Source of the DNA: an archaeon
Lineage (GTDB): Archaea > Asgardarchaeota > Hermodarchaeia > Hermodarchaeales > Hermodarchaeaceae
Reading direction: 5' to 3'
Assembly (NCBI GenBank): GCA_016550485.1
Contig: JABXGV010000027.1
Span: 1 to 48,037, forward strand
Length of the DNA: 48,037 bases
This document shows, one piece after another, positions 16,744-26,391 of the stretch (within the stretch, counting starts at the first letter, position 1; each line of letters begins with the position of its first letter). The notes below the pieces were generated by a model. The model saw only the letters and a list, made by a program, of their open reading frames with translations. It was not told where the DNA came from and searched no databases. The translations under genes were made by a program, and so were the position numbers.

Positions 16744-19700
16744 TCACAGGTCATGTAGGATTCGCTGGAGTTCTTCTAGTTCGTCGTCGCTTTGTGGATT
16801 GACGACAAGGCAGCATCGTTGAACTCGTTTTTCTCCCGGTTTGAGCCAAAGATTCGCATCGAAGCTACCCAACCAAACAGCTATTCCAATGTGGAGTGCT
16901 AATATTGTCTTTCTTTGTCCAGCGGTGAGAAGTGCTAGCCCTTCTGGAGGTTCAGATTCTGAGGGATCTTGTTTAAGCCAAGCAACCCCGGTGTCAGGCG
17001 TGAAGGCTGCAGGAGTTGGACTGGGTCTAATCTCTGTCAAATCCTTGCCCCACCGTGCCTGTAGTATGGAGTTTGTCACACTGCCATTAAAGCCTAGATC
17101 CATCAATAGCCCTGTGAAAAGTCGAAGCGGAGCTGCTGTGTTATTGATGAAATGCCAGTCAATCATTATTAGTGGGCTTCCAGGGGCGGTGAGGTACTTC
17201 AATTTAAACTCAACACCGCGACAGACAGGTTGTAATTTACTTTGCCAAGACACTTCGACACCTTTCCAGAGTTTTCCTAGCGTGCAGGGACTAGCCTGCA
17301 TTTCCTCTAAATTCGTCTTTGCGGCAAAGGTATCCTCATCAATTCCAGAGATGATTGGTTGAACTCCGCCATGGTAGTTCTGAATGAATATCTTTGGTTG
17401 AGGAGTGGGGAATGCTGAGCAGAGCAGTTCTGTTCCCTGTTGGTTCTTCAACGAGTAAAGGCAGCCCCCGAAGTCTGGTGACACTAGAAATTCCAGTAAA
17501 CCGTTTTTCACTCGAAATATTCTCAGGTCCTCTTCGCGCTCCTCTGATATGTCAACCTTGCTTCCTGTTGCACCTAGCTGAAGGATGGATAAGGATTGGC
17601 GTATTTGAACTGGGGTCTGCCAAGTCATGTTTGCCTTGAAAAGGGCGAATTTATCGGGCGTAGATTTAGTTGGAGAAAGGGACAAGCGGAGGGTAGGCGG
17701 GTTATCACGGGTTATCTCAGAAAGCATGATAGGCGATGTGCTACTCTCGGCATCTAGAAGGTTTAGTTTGGCAGACCATTCTTTTGGAGGGTCGATGGAT
17801 AGGGGACCTGATAGCGGCGAACTTGCTGAATAGCGCATCGTGAATTCGCAACTTACCTTTTTCCGATGAGGAAGTACGATGGTTGGAGGGGTGATTTGTA
17901 AGGCTGTAGTAGTCTCTGGGGGAGTTAGCAGCGCACTAAGTGGCGGAATCTGGTGCTTGATTTTTTCTTGCCAAACTCGTTGAATTGCAACCCAGCTTGG
18001 TGCCCGCATGATATGCCATACTCTGGAGATACGTTTCTGTTCGCCAGGTTTCAGGGTAGTTTGTTGATATTGGAGTCGACCAATGCGTCCAGTATTGACC
18101 AAGATTTCTTCTAGATTCTCAGGATCCCACACTTGACCAACTGTAAGTGATTCTCCTTCGATGGCAATCCATTCTTCTCTGAAGAGTTCTGGGTTAGTTT
18201 GGATGGATGGATAACTAACGAGGATGCTAGAGGTTGATTCTTTAACTGTGCCAGAGGCGAGGGGAATTACAGCTGTTCCAGTGGTTAGAGAGATTCCTCC
18301 TCCTGGACCTATGAGTCTGAGTTGAAAGCTATGCTCTTCTTTACTGGTGTTAGTCACTAAGGTTTCTTGTGAAATCAAGGGGGAGTTATGAGGAAATGTT
18401 AGTCTCGTTACTACTTTTAGCGGGCGCTCGGGGTGAACGGCTGTTAGCGAAACGATGGTTGACGAAGCGGACTGATCGACATCTATTTCATGTTCAGCGA
18501 ACCGGAAAGGACTGAGGCCAAAGGGAGGTCCTACTTCGTTTCTGAGAGTGAGTGATAAGATTTGTCCTATATGACTGACGATTCGTATTTGGCCGCCTTC
18601 CCGGGCTATGCGAGCAGTGTAATCAGAGCTTACGACATGAAGTTCACGTGTACGGTCGTCTTCGCCTACTGTTACGCCTCCTTCGGGTATACAATAGATC
18701 GGGAGACGATATTTCCTTGTGGTGACCTTCAAACCCTTGCTGACGTTTTGGTGAAGATGGAGCGCAGCCCATAGATCGTATGTTCCAAGCGGAGAATCCC
18801 CCTTTGCTGTAACCTCAATCACAGCTCCAGCTAGGCCCTCAGGTGTAATCTCTACATCACATTCCATGGGTGATACCAAAAGAGTTGTATTGGGGGGGTC
18901 GAAACGGAGTTTCCCTCGTAGTGGAGTGGGGGTGTTACTAGTAATTGTGAGCGGGAGTTGAGTTGTGCCCCCGGGTACTACTCGTGTTTCTCCAAAGTGG
19001 GTGGTGATTTCTGCCGCTGGTTTTATTTTCAATCCTGTATGGAGTGCAACTTCAGCTCCAGATATTTTCATCTTTGCCTTAATTGATGGGGACTTCTCTT
19101 CTTTACGAAAGAGCGGGGCTGCTGAATCAAGCTGGAAAGGCACTGACCAATCTGACACACCCCCAGCAGGAACCTTTAGGATAGTTTCGTGTTTTTCTCC
19201 AAAATGAAGAGCATCGAACCCTTCTAGCGAGACCGAAAATTCGAGATTTGCCTTGGTCTCGTTAGTAATCTCGAGCAAGTAGGATGAGGAAATCCCACAA
19301 AGCGTTAAATGGTTAGGTACACGGGCGTTGATTTTTAGGCGCTCACCATCAATGACCCGTTCTATTCCTGTTATGGCTCGAGCGTATCGGTCAACGATAA
19401 CTCTGAGAGAATCATCTCCTGATTTGAAGCTGTAGATGAACACGTTCATCTTCCCTTCATGCATATCATCAGGTGCTTGCGCGAGTTCTCGCTGCTGCAG
19501 CGTATACCAAGCTTGGGGATTAGAATGTTTTTCGAAAAATGGAATACATAGGGGATGTTGGAGGATTCCTGGTATCCAGCTTTGGAGATATACCCCATCG
19601 GTCTCGGGATTCCACATGAGCCCAATTTTCTTGTAGAGAGGGACAGCACGTGTATTTCCACTCCAAGTGTTTAGGTCTACGCGGAGGTATCCTTTTTCGG

Positions 19701-20118
19701 TGGCTATGGCAATACTTCTTAGGAGGAGTCGTTTGCCAACCTTTTTCTTGAGAACACCTGGGGAAACCCCGAGCAATCCGATGTAAGCAGCCTCTGGATC
19801 TCGCCAGTGCTGTAGCAGGGAAAGAAAGCCGACAGGCGTGTCTTTGTCCATCGCAATCAGGATAGCGATTGCCCGCATTTTGGAGTATACTTTGTGTACC
19901 CGTTCTGGGGTATATGGAACCCCGCCTGTGAAGCCGCCTGGCCATAGCTCGTCCCAGCTGTTGAACATTTCAGCTATTCGTGAAGCGAGGTCTTCGCGGT
20001 AGCCTTCAATTATCTCTATGTCAAGCTCTTCTGTCATCGATTCTCGCCTTGGTTGCGGCATGTGAGGATTAGTAATAAGGGTTGTGGAAAACAACAAGCA
20101 TGATGCCTCGTTTACCAC
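16744..20118 (-). CDS. large (about 1100 aa) protein with N-terminal GNAT domain; remainder unassigned
   Basis: GNAT motifs (GFLSLLQHWRDPEAAYIGLLGVSP...KKVGKRLLLRSIAIATEKGY...NTRAVPLYKKIGLMW) in the first ~170 aa. About 950 further aa of beta-rich sequence have no motif I recognise. The likely start is ATG at 20037 (MTEELDIEIIEGY). Confidence 0.75.
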   Translation of the reverse strand: MVNEASCLLFSTTLITNPHMPQPRRESMTEELDIEIIEGYREDLASRIAEMFNSWDELWPGGFTGGVPYTPERVHKVYSKMRAIAILIAMDKDTPVGFLSLLQHWRDPEAAYIGLLGVSPGVLKKKVGKRLLLRSIAIATEKGYLRVDLNTWSGNTRAVPLYKKIGLMWNPETDGVYLQSWIPGILQHPLCIPFFEKHSNPQAWYTLQQRELAQAPDDMHEGKMNVFIYSFKSGDDSLRVIVDRYARAITGIERVIDGERLKINARVPNHLTLCGISSSYLLEITNETKANLEFSVSLEGFDALHFGEKHETILKVPAGGVSDWSVPFQLDSAAPLFRKEEKSPSIKAKMKISGAEVALHTGLKIKPAAEITTHFGETRVVPGGTTQLPLTITSNTPTPLRGKLRFDPPNTTLLVSPMECDVEITPEGLAGAVIEVTAKGDSPLGTYDLWAALHLHQNVSKGLKVTTRKYRLPIYCIPEGGVTVGEDDRTRELHVVSSDYTARIAREGGQIRIVSHIGQILSLTLRNEVGPPFGLSPFRFAEHEIDVDQSASSTIVSLTAVHPERPLKVVTRLTFPHNSPLISQETLVTNTSKEEHSFQLRLIGPGGGISLTTGTAVIPLASGTVKESTSSILVSYPSIQTNPELFREEWIAIEGESLTVGQVWDPENLEEILVNTGRIGRLQYQQTTLKPGEQKRISRVWHIMRAPSWVAIQRVWQEKIKHQIPPLSALLTPPETTTALQITPPTIVLPHRKKVSCEFTMRYSASSPLSGPLSIDPPKEWSAKLNLLDAESSTSPIMLSEITRDNPPTLRLSLSPTKSTPDKFALFKANMTWQTPVQIRQSLSILQLGATGSKVDISEEREEDLRIFRVKNGLLEFLVSPDFGGCLYSLKNQQGTELLCSAFPTPQPKIFIQNYHGGVQPIISGIDEDTFAAKTNLEEMQASPCTLGKLWKGVEVSWQSKLQPVCRGVEFKLKYLTAPGSPLIMIDWHFINNTAAPLRLFTGLLMDLGFNGSVTNSILQARWGKDLTEIRPSPTPAAFTPDTGVAWLKQDPSESEPPEGLALLTAGQRKTILALHIGIAVWLGSFDANLWLKPGEKRVQRCCLVVNPQSDDELEELQRILHDL

Positions 20119-20154
20119 TATACCTTGTCACGCAAGGTATATCGGGTGCATATG

Positions 20155-21099
20155 CTATAAAAGGTTTTTGGAGCCTGCAACGAGCCTAGGCTCAATAGCG
20201 ATAAGGACTGTAGCGAGGAGGATGAAAAACGCCCCGATAAACTGCCAGAACGCGACTGACTGACCTAAAAAGAAATAGGCCATGACAACAGCGCTAATTG
20301 GGTCAAGGAGAAGGAGGATTGATGCAGCAGAAGCATCGATGTCTTTTACGCCAACATTGACGAGGGTATAGGGGATTGTAGTGCTCACAAAGGCAAAGGC
20401 TAATAGGAGCAGCCAAGCAGGGGGCGGCAACACGAACAAAAATCCACTCACTAGAGGATTAGTCACAACTAGATTGACAGAAAAGATTAGGGGAAACATC
20501 CACAAAAGGGCGAAGAAGTACCCCCAGAATGTTGTCGTTGATGGGTCGTACCCTTCGTAACCACTCCATTTCCGACCGAGAATGACGTAGAATGCAGCAA
20601 ATACCCCATTTGCCACAGACAGAAGAACGCCAACAATGGGAACCGGACTAGCCGCCATTTCTAATGGTAAAGAGACGATGACAGCGCCACCGATTGAAAG
20701 TGGTACAGCGATTAGACGGACACGATTGAAAGGTTCTTTCAAGATATACCGGGCGAGAAGAAGCGTAATGGCAGGGTAAAGGTATGTAAGAGAGACCGCG
20801 ACTACTACAGGAGTACCAATCGCAATCGCTGTTATGTAGGCCATTATAGAGGTGGCAATGCCAATCAGCCCATAGAGGAGAAAGGAGGGGAGGTGTTTGC
20901 GTTTCAGCCTTAAACCGCGAAAGGAAGTGAAGACCCCTAGTCCTATAAAGAGAAAGATAACTGTGAAAAACACGCGAAAAAAGGCTTGTTGGAGAGAAGG
21001 AACACCGAAGAGGTTTGTCAGGTACACGGAAAAAATCGGAATGGTTCCAAAGCAGATAGCTGCAACAATGAGGGCAAGATAATTCCATATTCGAGGCAT
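20155..21099 (-). CDS. EamA/DMT-family transporter
   Basis: 314 aa with about 10 TM helices and a two-fold internal repeat typical of EamA proteins (LALIVAAICFGTIPIFS... and ...GAFFILLATVLIA). Confidence 0.85.
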   Translation of the reverse strand: MPRIWNYLALIVAAICFGTIPIFSVYLTNLFGVPSLQQAFFRVFFTVIFLFIGLGVFTSFRGLRLKRKHLPSFLLYGLIGIATSIMAYITAIAIGTPVVVAVSLTYLYPAITLLLARYILKEPFNRVRLIAVPLSIGGAVIVSLPLEMAASPVPIVGVLLSVANGVFAAFYVILGRKWSGYEGYDPSTTTFWGYFFALLWMFPLIFSVNLVVTNPLVSGFLFVLPPPAWLLLLAFAFVSTTIPYTLVNVGVKDIDASAASILLLLDPISAVVMAYFFLGQSVAFWQFIGAFFILLATVLIAIEPRLVAGSKNLL

Positions 21100-21137
21100 A
21101 GAAAACCATCACCCTTGGTGGGCTACATGATACTTCC

Positions 21138-21707
21138 CTAGTACGGGCTCACAAGTTCTGCGCCGCGATGTAATGCGTGTAAGTTTTCTTTCGCAAACCG
21201 TTTTAGTTTAACATCACTTCGAACAGCGGTTTCCAGCAGCTCAATATCAATCCTTTCATCAACCTTGGTTATAGCCCCCAGTGAGGCAACCCCCAAGTAT
21301 CTTACGTGTCCTAGCTCTTCAGCAACTTGACCAAGCTCAGTTCGAAAAACCTGAGTGGAGCTCTCCTGCTTGAGGGCTTTTAGTGTCGACTGGATAGATT
21401 GCTTGTCAAGGAGGTGAGACTCTATTAACAAGAAGTTGCTGCTCAAATCGGGGCTAATAGAACAGCATTTCAAGAAAGCAGGAGCTGTAAGTGTGGCAAG
21501 AATATCGGGTCGGTCGAAACCTAGCTCGAAGATAGGATTAGAGGAGATTGTGAGGTCTGTGGTGCATGAGCCACCACGAGCCGCTGCCCCATGGGATTCG
21601 GTTTGAAGTGTATGGTAACCCTGCCGAGTAAATGCAAGCCCGAGAATCCGACTAGCTGTTACTACCCCGTAGCCGCCATAACCAGCGAGTCGTATTGTTA
21701 TGTGCAA
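21138..21707 (-). CDS. korC: 2-oxoacid:ferredoxin oxidoreductase, gamma subunit
   Basis: IRLAGYGGYGVVTASRILGLAF...G. Size 189 aa. Last gene of the delta-alpha-beta-gamma cluster. Confidence 0.85.
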   Translation of the reverse strand: MHITIRLAGYGGYGVVTASRILGLAFTRQGYHTLQTESHGAAARGGSCTTDLTISSNPIFELGFDRPDILATLTAPAFLKCCSISPDLSSNFLLIESHLLDKQSIQSTLKALKQESSTQVFRTELGQVAEELGHVRYLGVASLGAITKVDERIDIELLETAVRSDVKLKRFAKENLHALHRGAELVSPY

Positions 21708-21723
21708 TTAATATTCACCTCCC

Positions 21724-22611
21724 TCATTTCCAGAGAGCTTGGAGAGTCTCCGTTAGAGTGATGCGCTCTTCTCTGATGAACACGCCAAGTTCTATGGTGC
21801 GATCCTTAAGAGTGAGTTCGTAGCGGGGATGGTCAAGTTCCTTGCCTGTTCTCTTGCCCTTGAGAGCCTTTAGCATCCATGCACCTGGGCTGCGTTGAAA
21901 TTGTTCTTGCTCTTTAGGAGTTAAGGCATCCTTGTATTCATTGAAGAATCTAGCTGCATAGGTTGGGCATTGAGATATGATTTCTACAAACGCGAATCCT
22001 GGGTGGAGGAGAGCCTCCTTCATTGATGCAATTATATCATCTACATGGAATGTAGTCCATCTAGCTACATAACTTGCACCTGCGCCTAGAGCAAGACGAC
22101 ATAAATCGAATGGAGGTTCAGGGTGACGTTGATAGGTGGTTGAACGAACATGCAGAGGTGTTGTCGGTGCGGATTGGCCTCCAGTCATTCCATAGATCAT
22201 ATTGTTTACAAGGAATACTGTCATTGGTATATTTCGTCGTGCAGCGTGGATTAGGTGGTTGCCTCCGATTGCGGCGCCGTCTCCGTCGCCTGTAAAAACG
22301 ACGACGTTGAGTTTGGGGTTCATGATTTTTGCACCGGTGGCAAAGGCGATAGCCCTGCCATGTGTTGTGTGAAGTGTGTCTCCCTTGAAGTAGGGGCTGG
22401 GAATCCATGCTGAGCAGCCAATTCCTGAAACGCAAAGGATGTCGCGTTTACGTAGCTTCTTTTCCACAATCAACGCATCCACTGCACGTACGAAGCTACC
22501 CAGGATTGAGCCGTTACCGCATCCTGTGCAGAATGCTGTGGGAAGATTTCTCAGGTATCTTTTACGGTAATATTCTTGTTGTTTTCCGAGAGGGTTTGTC
22601 TGTTGGCTCAT
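21724..22611 (-). CDS. korB: 2-oxoacid:ferredoxin oxidoreductase, beta (TPP-binding) subunit
   Basis: FCTGCGNGSIL, SGIGCSAW, and the TPP motif GDGDGAAIGGNHLIHAARRNIPMTVFLVNNMIYGMTGGQ. Confidence 0.92.
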   Translation of the reverse strand: MSQQTNPLGKQQEYYRKRYLRNLPTAFCTGCGNGSILGSFVRAVDALIVEKKLRKRDILCVSGIGCSAWIPSPYFKGDTLHTTHGRAIAFATGAKIMNPKLNVVVFTGDGDGAAIGGNHLIHAARRNIPMTVFLVNNMIYGMTGGQSAPTTPLHVRSTTYQRHPEPPFDLCRLALGAGASYVARWTTFHVDDIIASMKEALLHPGFAFVEIISQCPTYAARFFNEYKDALTPKEQEQFQRSPGAWMLKALKGKRTGKELDHPRYELTLKDRTIELGVFIREERITLTETLQALWK

Positions 22612-22617
22612 TTGGCA

Positions 22618-23742
22618 TCATCCTCTGATTTGTTGGAGTATTTCGCTAGAGCGATGGATTTCGCCGCCAACTTTGGGTATACCTATAACTTGTGCTTCGC
22701 AGCCTACTCGCTCGATTTCCCGAACCATCATACCCATATTCATTTCAACTACGAATATTCGCTTCAAATCCTTGAAAAGACGAGCGAGTTGCTCTTCTGG
22801 GAAAGGCCAAAGCGTCTTGAGACGGACGAATCCTATAGATTCACCAGTTTTCCTTGCTGCAAGCACCGCTTGGTAGGAGGGTCGTGCTGCTGCACCGAAG
22901 CTGACAATCACTGCCTCTGCATGATCGAGATGACGTGATTCAACATCTAACCCCTCTTGATGGAGGGCTTTGCCTGCTTCCTTCTGTTTTTCGAATAGCC
23001 AGTGAATAGTGGCACGGTGATATCGTGGCGAGTAATCTCTCACGCCTGTAGGACGGTGAGCAGATCCCGTCACCAGCAAATCGTGACCGTCACCAAACTT
23101 GGGCATCTCGTAACGCAGAAAAATCTCACCTGTCCTTGGATGCTTTGAGGTTAGACTACGCCGATTAGTAATTGGTAGTGCTCCTTGTTTTGGTATCTGG
23201 AGTGGTTCACGCATATAGCTGACTTCGCCGTCCGCCATGACGAGAACTGGAGTGCGGAACTGCTCTGAATAGTTGAAAGCATGAACAGTGAAGTCAAACA
23301 TCTCTTGGACCGACCATGGTGCAAAGGCAATCGGAGCAATATCGCCGTGGGTGCCGTAGCGAGCCTGCATCACATCTTGTTGACCCGGCATGGTAGCTTG
23401 CCCAGTGCTGGGACCTGAGCGCTGAGCGTCCACAACAACGAGCGGAGTTTCGGTAAGATAGGCATATCCAAGGTTTTCTTGCATCAAACTAAACCCGGGC
23501 CCAGAGGTTGCCGTCATGGCTTTTCCGCCAGCCCAGGAGGCACCAATGATTGCCGCCATTGAGGCGATTTCGTCCTCCATCTGCACGTAGTAGCCTTGTT
23601 CTTGAGGGAGACGTTCTGCCATCCATTCTACGATGCTGGTCGCTGGTGTAATTGGGTATCCAGCGAAGAAGCGACAGCCCGCATAGAGCGCCCCTTCAGC
23701 GCAGGCTATGCCGCCATCGACGAAGTATACTCCTGGTCTCAT
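22618..23742 (-). CDS. korA: 2-oxoacid:ferredoxin oxidoreductase, alpha subunit
   Basis: VYFVDGGIACAEGALYAGCRFFAGYPITPATSI. The open frame extends to 23781. ATG at 23742 forms an ATGA overlap with the delta-subunit stop codon and gives a family-typical N-terminus. Confidence 0.92.
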   Translation of the reverse strand: MRPGVYFVDGGIACAEGALYAGCRFFAGYPITPATSIVEWMAERLPQEQGYYVQMEDEIASMAAIIGASWAGGKAMTATSGPGFSLMQENLGYAYLTETPLVVVDAQRSGPSTGQATMPGQQDVMQARYGTHGDIAPIAFAPWSVQEMFDFTVHAFNYSEQFRTPVLVMADGEVSYMREPLQIPKQGALPITNRRSLTSKHPRTGEIFLRYEMPKFGDGHDLLVTGSAHRPTGVRDYSPRYHRATIHWLFEKQKEAGKALHQEGLDVESRHLDHAEAVIVSFGAAARPSYQAVLAARKTGESIGFVRLKTLWPFPEEQLARLFKDLKRIFVVEMNMGMMVREIERVGCEAQVIGIPKVGGEIHRSSEILQQIRG

Positions 23743-23984
23743 CCTTCTATCACCTCCACATTGATTGCAGCATCGGGACACCGTTTTTCACAACGACGGC
23801 AAGCCACGCCTTTCTCCCCTCGAACTAGCATACATTTGGTTTCACCTCCTTGGCAGAGGCGCGGTCTGTGACCACCCCAGGCAGTTGGTTTGTCTGCCTC
23901 AAGAATCTTGGCAGGGCAGAAAAGAATACAGATTCCGCAGCCTTTACACAAGGACTTGTCAGCGGTTATTTTTACGCGACGCAT
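23739..23984 (-). CDS. korD: 2-oxoacid:ferredoxin oxidoreductase, delta subunit (2x[4Fe-4S] ferredoxin-like)
   Basis: CKGCGICILFCP and CRRCEKRCPDAAI cluster motifs. 81 aa. Translationally coupled to the alpha subunit. Confidence 0.85.
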   Translation of the reverse strand: MRRVKITADKSLCKGCGICILFCPAKILEADKPTAWGGHRPRLCQGGETKCMLVRGEKGVACRRCEKRCPDAAINVEVIEG

Positions 23985-24036
23985 CTAGCTGGTTCCCTTT
24001 AGTTTGATTGCACCTAGGGGCTGAAACGAGGAGGAA

Positions 24037-24933
24037 TTGACGCCTCCTAAAATCTTTAGGGAACAACGAAACAGTGAGCTGAATATGGCAACCTTTGGAG
24101 AACCAAAACTTCCTCGCTGGCTGACTGCAATTCTGATGTTCATGATCTCCCTTATGTTACTCATTATCTCGATTTTTAACAATCTTGTCGGTACACTTTA
24201 CTATTTTCTAACTATAATGATTTGCCTTCTGCTGTGGCTGTTTGTCGATATGCAACAACCTGAAAGCCTTGGCTTTCGCTTCTCCAAAAGATGGTGGCTT
24301 GGACTGGTAATAGGTCTTGCCCTTGGAGGTGGAGTGATGGGGATGATAGTAGTTCTCGAACTTGTGGTTGGATGGGTGAGTCTGACTGTTGCGTATACGG
24401 CAGAGCAAGGAATGCTTGTGGTGGGGATGTTGGCGGTCTATGTGATTTGGCAGGGCTTAGTAGCGTTTGCAGAGGAGCTAGTTGGGCGAGGTTACATTCA
24501 ACAGAACCTCAATACCAAGTTGACCGCAATCTTGGCTGTAATGTGCTCAGCCATTATGTTTACAGCACTCCATTTACCCAGCATCATTGAACAATCTATT
24601 CCACTACCACTTTCTACGATTATGGTTCTGAACATCACGTTTGGCGGGCTAATGCTGGGTTGGGCTTTCGTCAAAACCCAAACACTCTGGCTCCCCATTG
24701 GCATTCACTTCGGGTGGAACTTCATCCAGTATCATATAGCCGGATTAGGCTATCTTAGCCAAGGAATTTACACTGCCCAGAATTTAGGCTGGGAGGTGAT
24801 AACTGGTGGAATAACAGGACCGGAGGCGGGTTTAATAGGAACCCTCGCCTTTCTCTTACTCCTCCTGATAGTGTGGCTACTCCCCACTAAATGGCTGGTA
24901 AGAGCTCCCGAGGATTCACCCTCGGAGCTTTGA
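24037..24933 (+). CDS. CPBP-family intramembrane glutamic endopeptidase (CAAX protease-like)
   Basis: Signature motifs AEELVGRGY (EExxxR), FTALHL (FxxxH) and HFGWNF (HxxxN) embedded in a polytopic membrane protein. Confidence 0.85.
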   Translation: MTPPKIFREQRNSELNMATFGEPKLPRWLTAILMFMISLMLLIISIFNNLVGTLYYFLTIMICLLLWLFVDMQQPESLGFRFSKRWWLGLVIGLALGGGVMGMIVVLELVVGWVSLTVAYTAEQGMLVVGMLAVYVIWQGLVAFAEELVGRGYIQQNLNTKLTAILAVMCSAIMFTALHLPSIIEQSIPLPLSTIMVLNITFGGLMLGWAFVKTQTLWLPIGIHFGWNFIQYHIAGLGYLSQGIYTAQNLGWEVITGGITGPEAGLIGTLAFLLLLLIVWLLPTKWLVRAPEDSPSEL

Positions 24934-24944
24934 TGTGAGACACG

Positions 24945-25574
24945 ATGTCAGACCATGATGCGACTCGAGATATTTGCCTAAGACGCAGCCCCTCAGAGTG
25001 TAGTGATTGTTCCATCAAGGACCGAATTGAGTGCAGATTTCGCCGCCGGTCACTGCTTCGGTTTTTTCTTACATTCCTTGTCTGTATTATCCCTGCCTTC
25101 GCGGGGGTTATCCTAGCGGGCTATGGCTGGTTCATTGTAGGCTGGATTATTTACATGGCGCTTTTCTTACAGGTTTGGGAAAATAGGATTCTGTGTAGCC
25201 ACTGCCCTTACTATGCTGAAGAAGGAACGACACTCCGCTGTCACGCCAACTATGGGCTCCGAAAACTCTGGAAATACCAGCCGGGTCCAATGAGCCGTTG
25301 GGAGAGACTCCAATTCGTGTTGGGCCTCATCCTAATCGTGGCATACCCGCTACCGTTCATGATTCTTGGCGGTCAATATTTGCTATTTGGCATTACCTGT
25401 CTAACTATCCTCATATTCTTAGCAATCCTCTCAACGCAAATGTGTGTTCACTGTATGAATTTCTCCTGTCCCCTCAACCGTGTCCCTAAAGCGGTAATAG
25501 ACACTTTTCTCAGGCAAAATCCACCGATGAAAAAGGCGTGGGAAGAGGCTGGATACAAACTCGATCCTGAGTAG
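24945..25574 (+). CDS. hypothetical Cys-rich membrane protein
   Basis: 209 aa and 4 hydrophobic helices. Cys clusters: CSDCS...C (N-terminus), CSHCPYY...C, CVHCMNFSC. Starts 11 nt after the CPBP gene on the same strand. Confidence 0.6.
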   Translation: MSDHDATRDICLRRSPSECSDCSIKDRIECRFRRRSLLRFFLTFLVCIIPAFAGVILAGYGWFIVGWIIYMALFLQVWENRILCSHCPYYAEEGTTLRCHANYGLRKLWKYQPGPMSRWERLQFVLGLILIVAYPLPFMILGGQYLLFGITCLTILIFLAILSTQMCVHCMNFSCPLNRVPKAVIDTFLRQNPPMKKAWEEAGYKLDPE

Positions 25575-25608
25575 CTGGAACTACAATCCGATGTTACCAC
25601 ATGGGAGT

Positions 25609-26247
25609 CTAGTCCTGTTTGAGTTGAAGGGCAAGCCGTGCAATCCGCTCGCCAACTAGCTGACTATTCCGGATAGCAATCTCGTCTTTCGGTGTACCGC
25701 GCCAAGTGAACCCTTCACTCTGAAGCCCCGACATACCTGCCCACGATTCCGTGACTGGATTACCAACTCCGCCGGCTACAATCATTCCTTGGGCAAGGGC
25801 GTAACTGATGATGGTATTTGCCGTCGTTTCTTGCCCACCATGTCGAAGACCTGCCGCAGTGATCACACCGACCACCTTGTCGCGGAGACCATGGTCTTTC
25901 ATTTTCAGCGTCCTCGATCGGTCCATTAAATTCTTTAACACCCCCGGGACAGTACACCAATAGGAGGGACTGGCGAATATCAGCGCGTCAGCATTTTGCA
26001 TTTTCTCTAAAATCTTTGGAATATCGTCTTTTGCATCCTCGGGACAAGGTTTCTGGCGAATGCAGTTATCACATCCAGTACAAGGGAGAAGTGTATGATC
26101 CGCAAGGCGAAGCAGTTCAGTTTCAACATTATCCACTTGTGCTGCAGCCTCCAACGCCTTTGTAAGAAGGAATTCCGAACTTGATTTTACCTGCTTAGGT
26201 GACCCGCATATACCCAACACTTTAACTGCCATCATGGTTTTCCTCAC
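25609..26247 (-). CDS. iron-sulfur flavoprotein / NADPH-dependent FMN reductase family
   Basis: Flavodoxin-like N-terminus KVLGICGSPK. Compact Cys motif CTGCDNCIRQKPC, typical of Isf-type proteins. IFASPSYW. Confidence 0.85.
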   Translation of the reverse strand: MRKTMMAVKVLGICGSPKQVKSSSEFLLTKALEAAAQVDNVETELLRLADHTLLPCTGCDNCIRQKPCPEDAKDDIPKILEKMQNADALIFASPSYWCTVPGVLKNLMDRSRTLKMKDHGLRDKVVGVITAAGLRHGGQETTANTIISYALAQGMIVAGGVGNPVTESWAGMSGLQSEGFTWRGTPKDEIAIRNSQLVGERIARLALQLKQD

Positions 26248-26354
26248 AATACTCCTTGGCGTAAGTCTTTACGAGTAGCCATTCTTAAGAATCTTTGGAG
26301 CTTTGCAAGTGCAACTAACATCAACTGAGGACGGTCTTGAGATAAACGGATTGT

Positions 26355-26375
26355 GGCAGGAAGTAAAATCCTGCC
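26355..26375 (-). terminator. hairpin downstream of LemA
   Basis: GGCAGGA-7 nt-TCCTGCC 17 nt past the LemA stop. No clear T-run follows, so the call is weak. Confidence 0.25.
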
Positions 26376-26391
26376 CCAGTCATCGAATCAA

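Noticed and set aside
26281-26292. Perfect 12-bp palindrome ATTCTTAAGAAT about 35-45 nt upstream of the iron-sulfur flavoprotein gene.
   Set aside because: A single short AT-rich palindrome in an AT-rich promoter region has high chance expectation. There is no second copy in the window.
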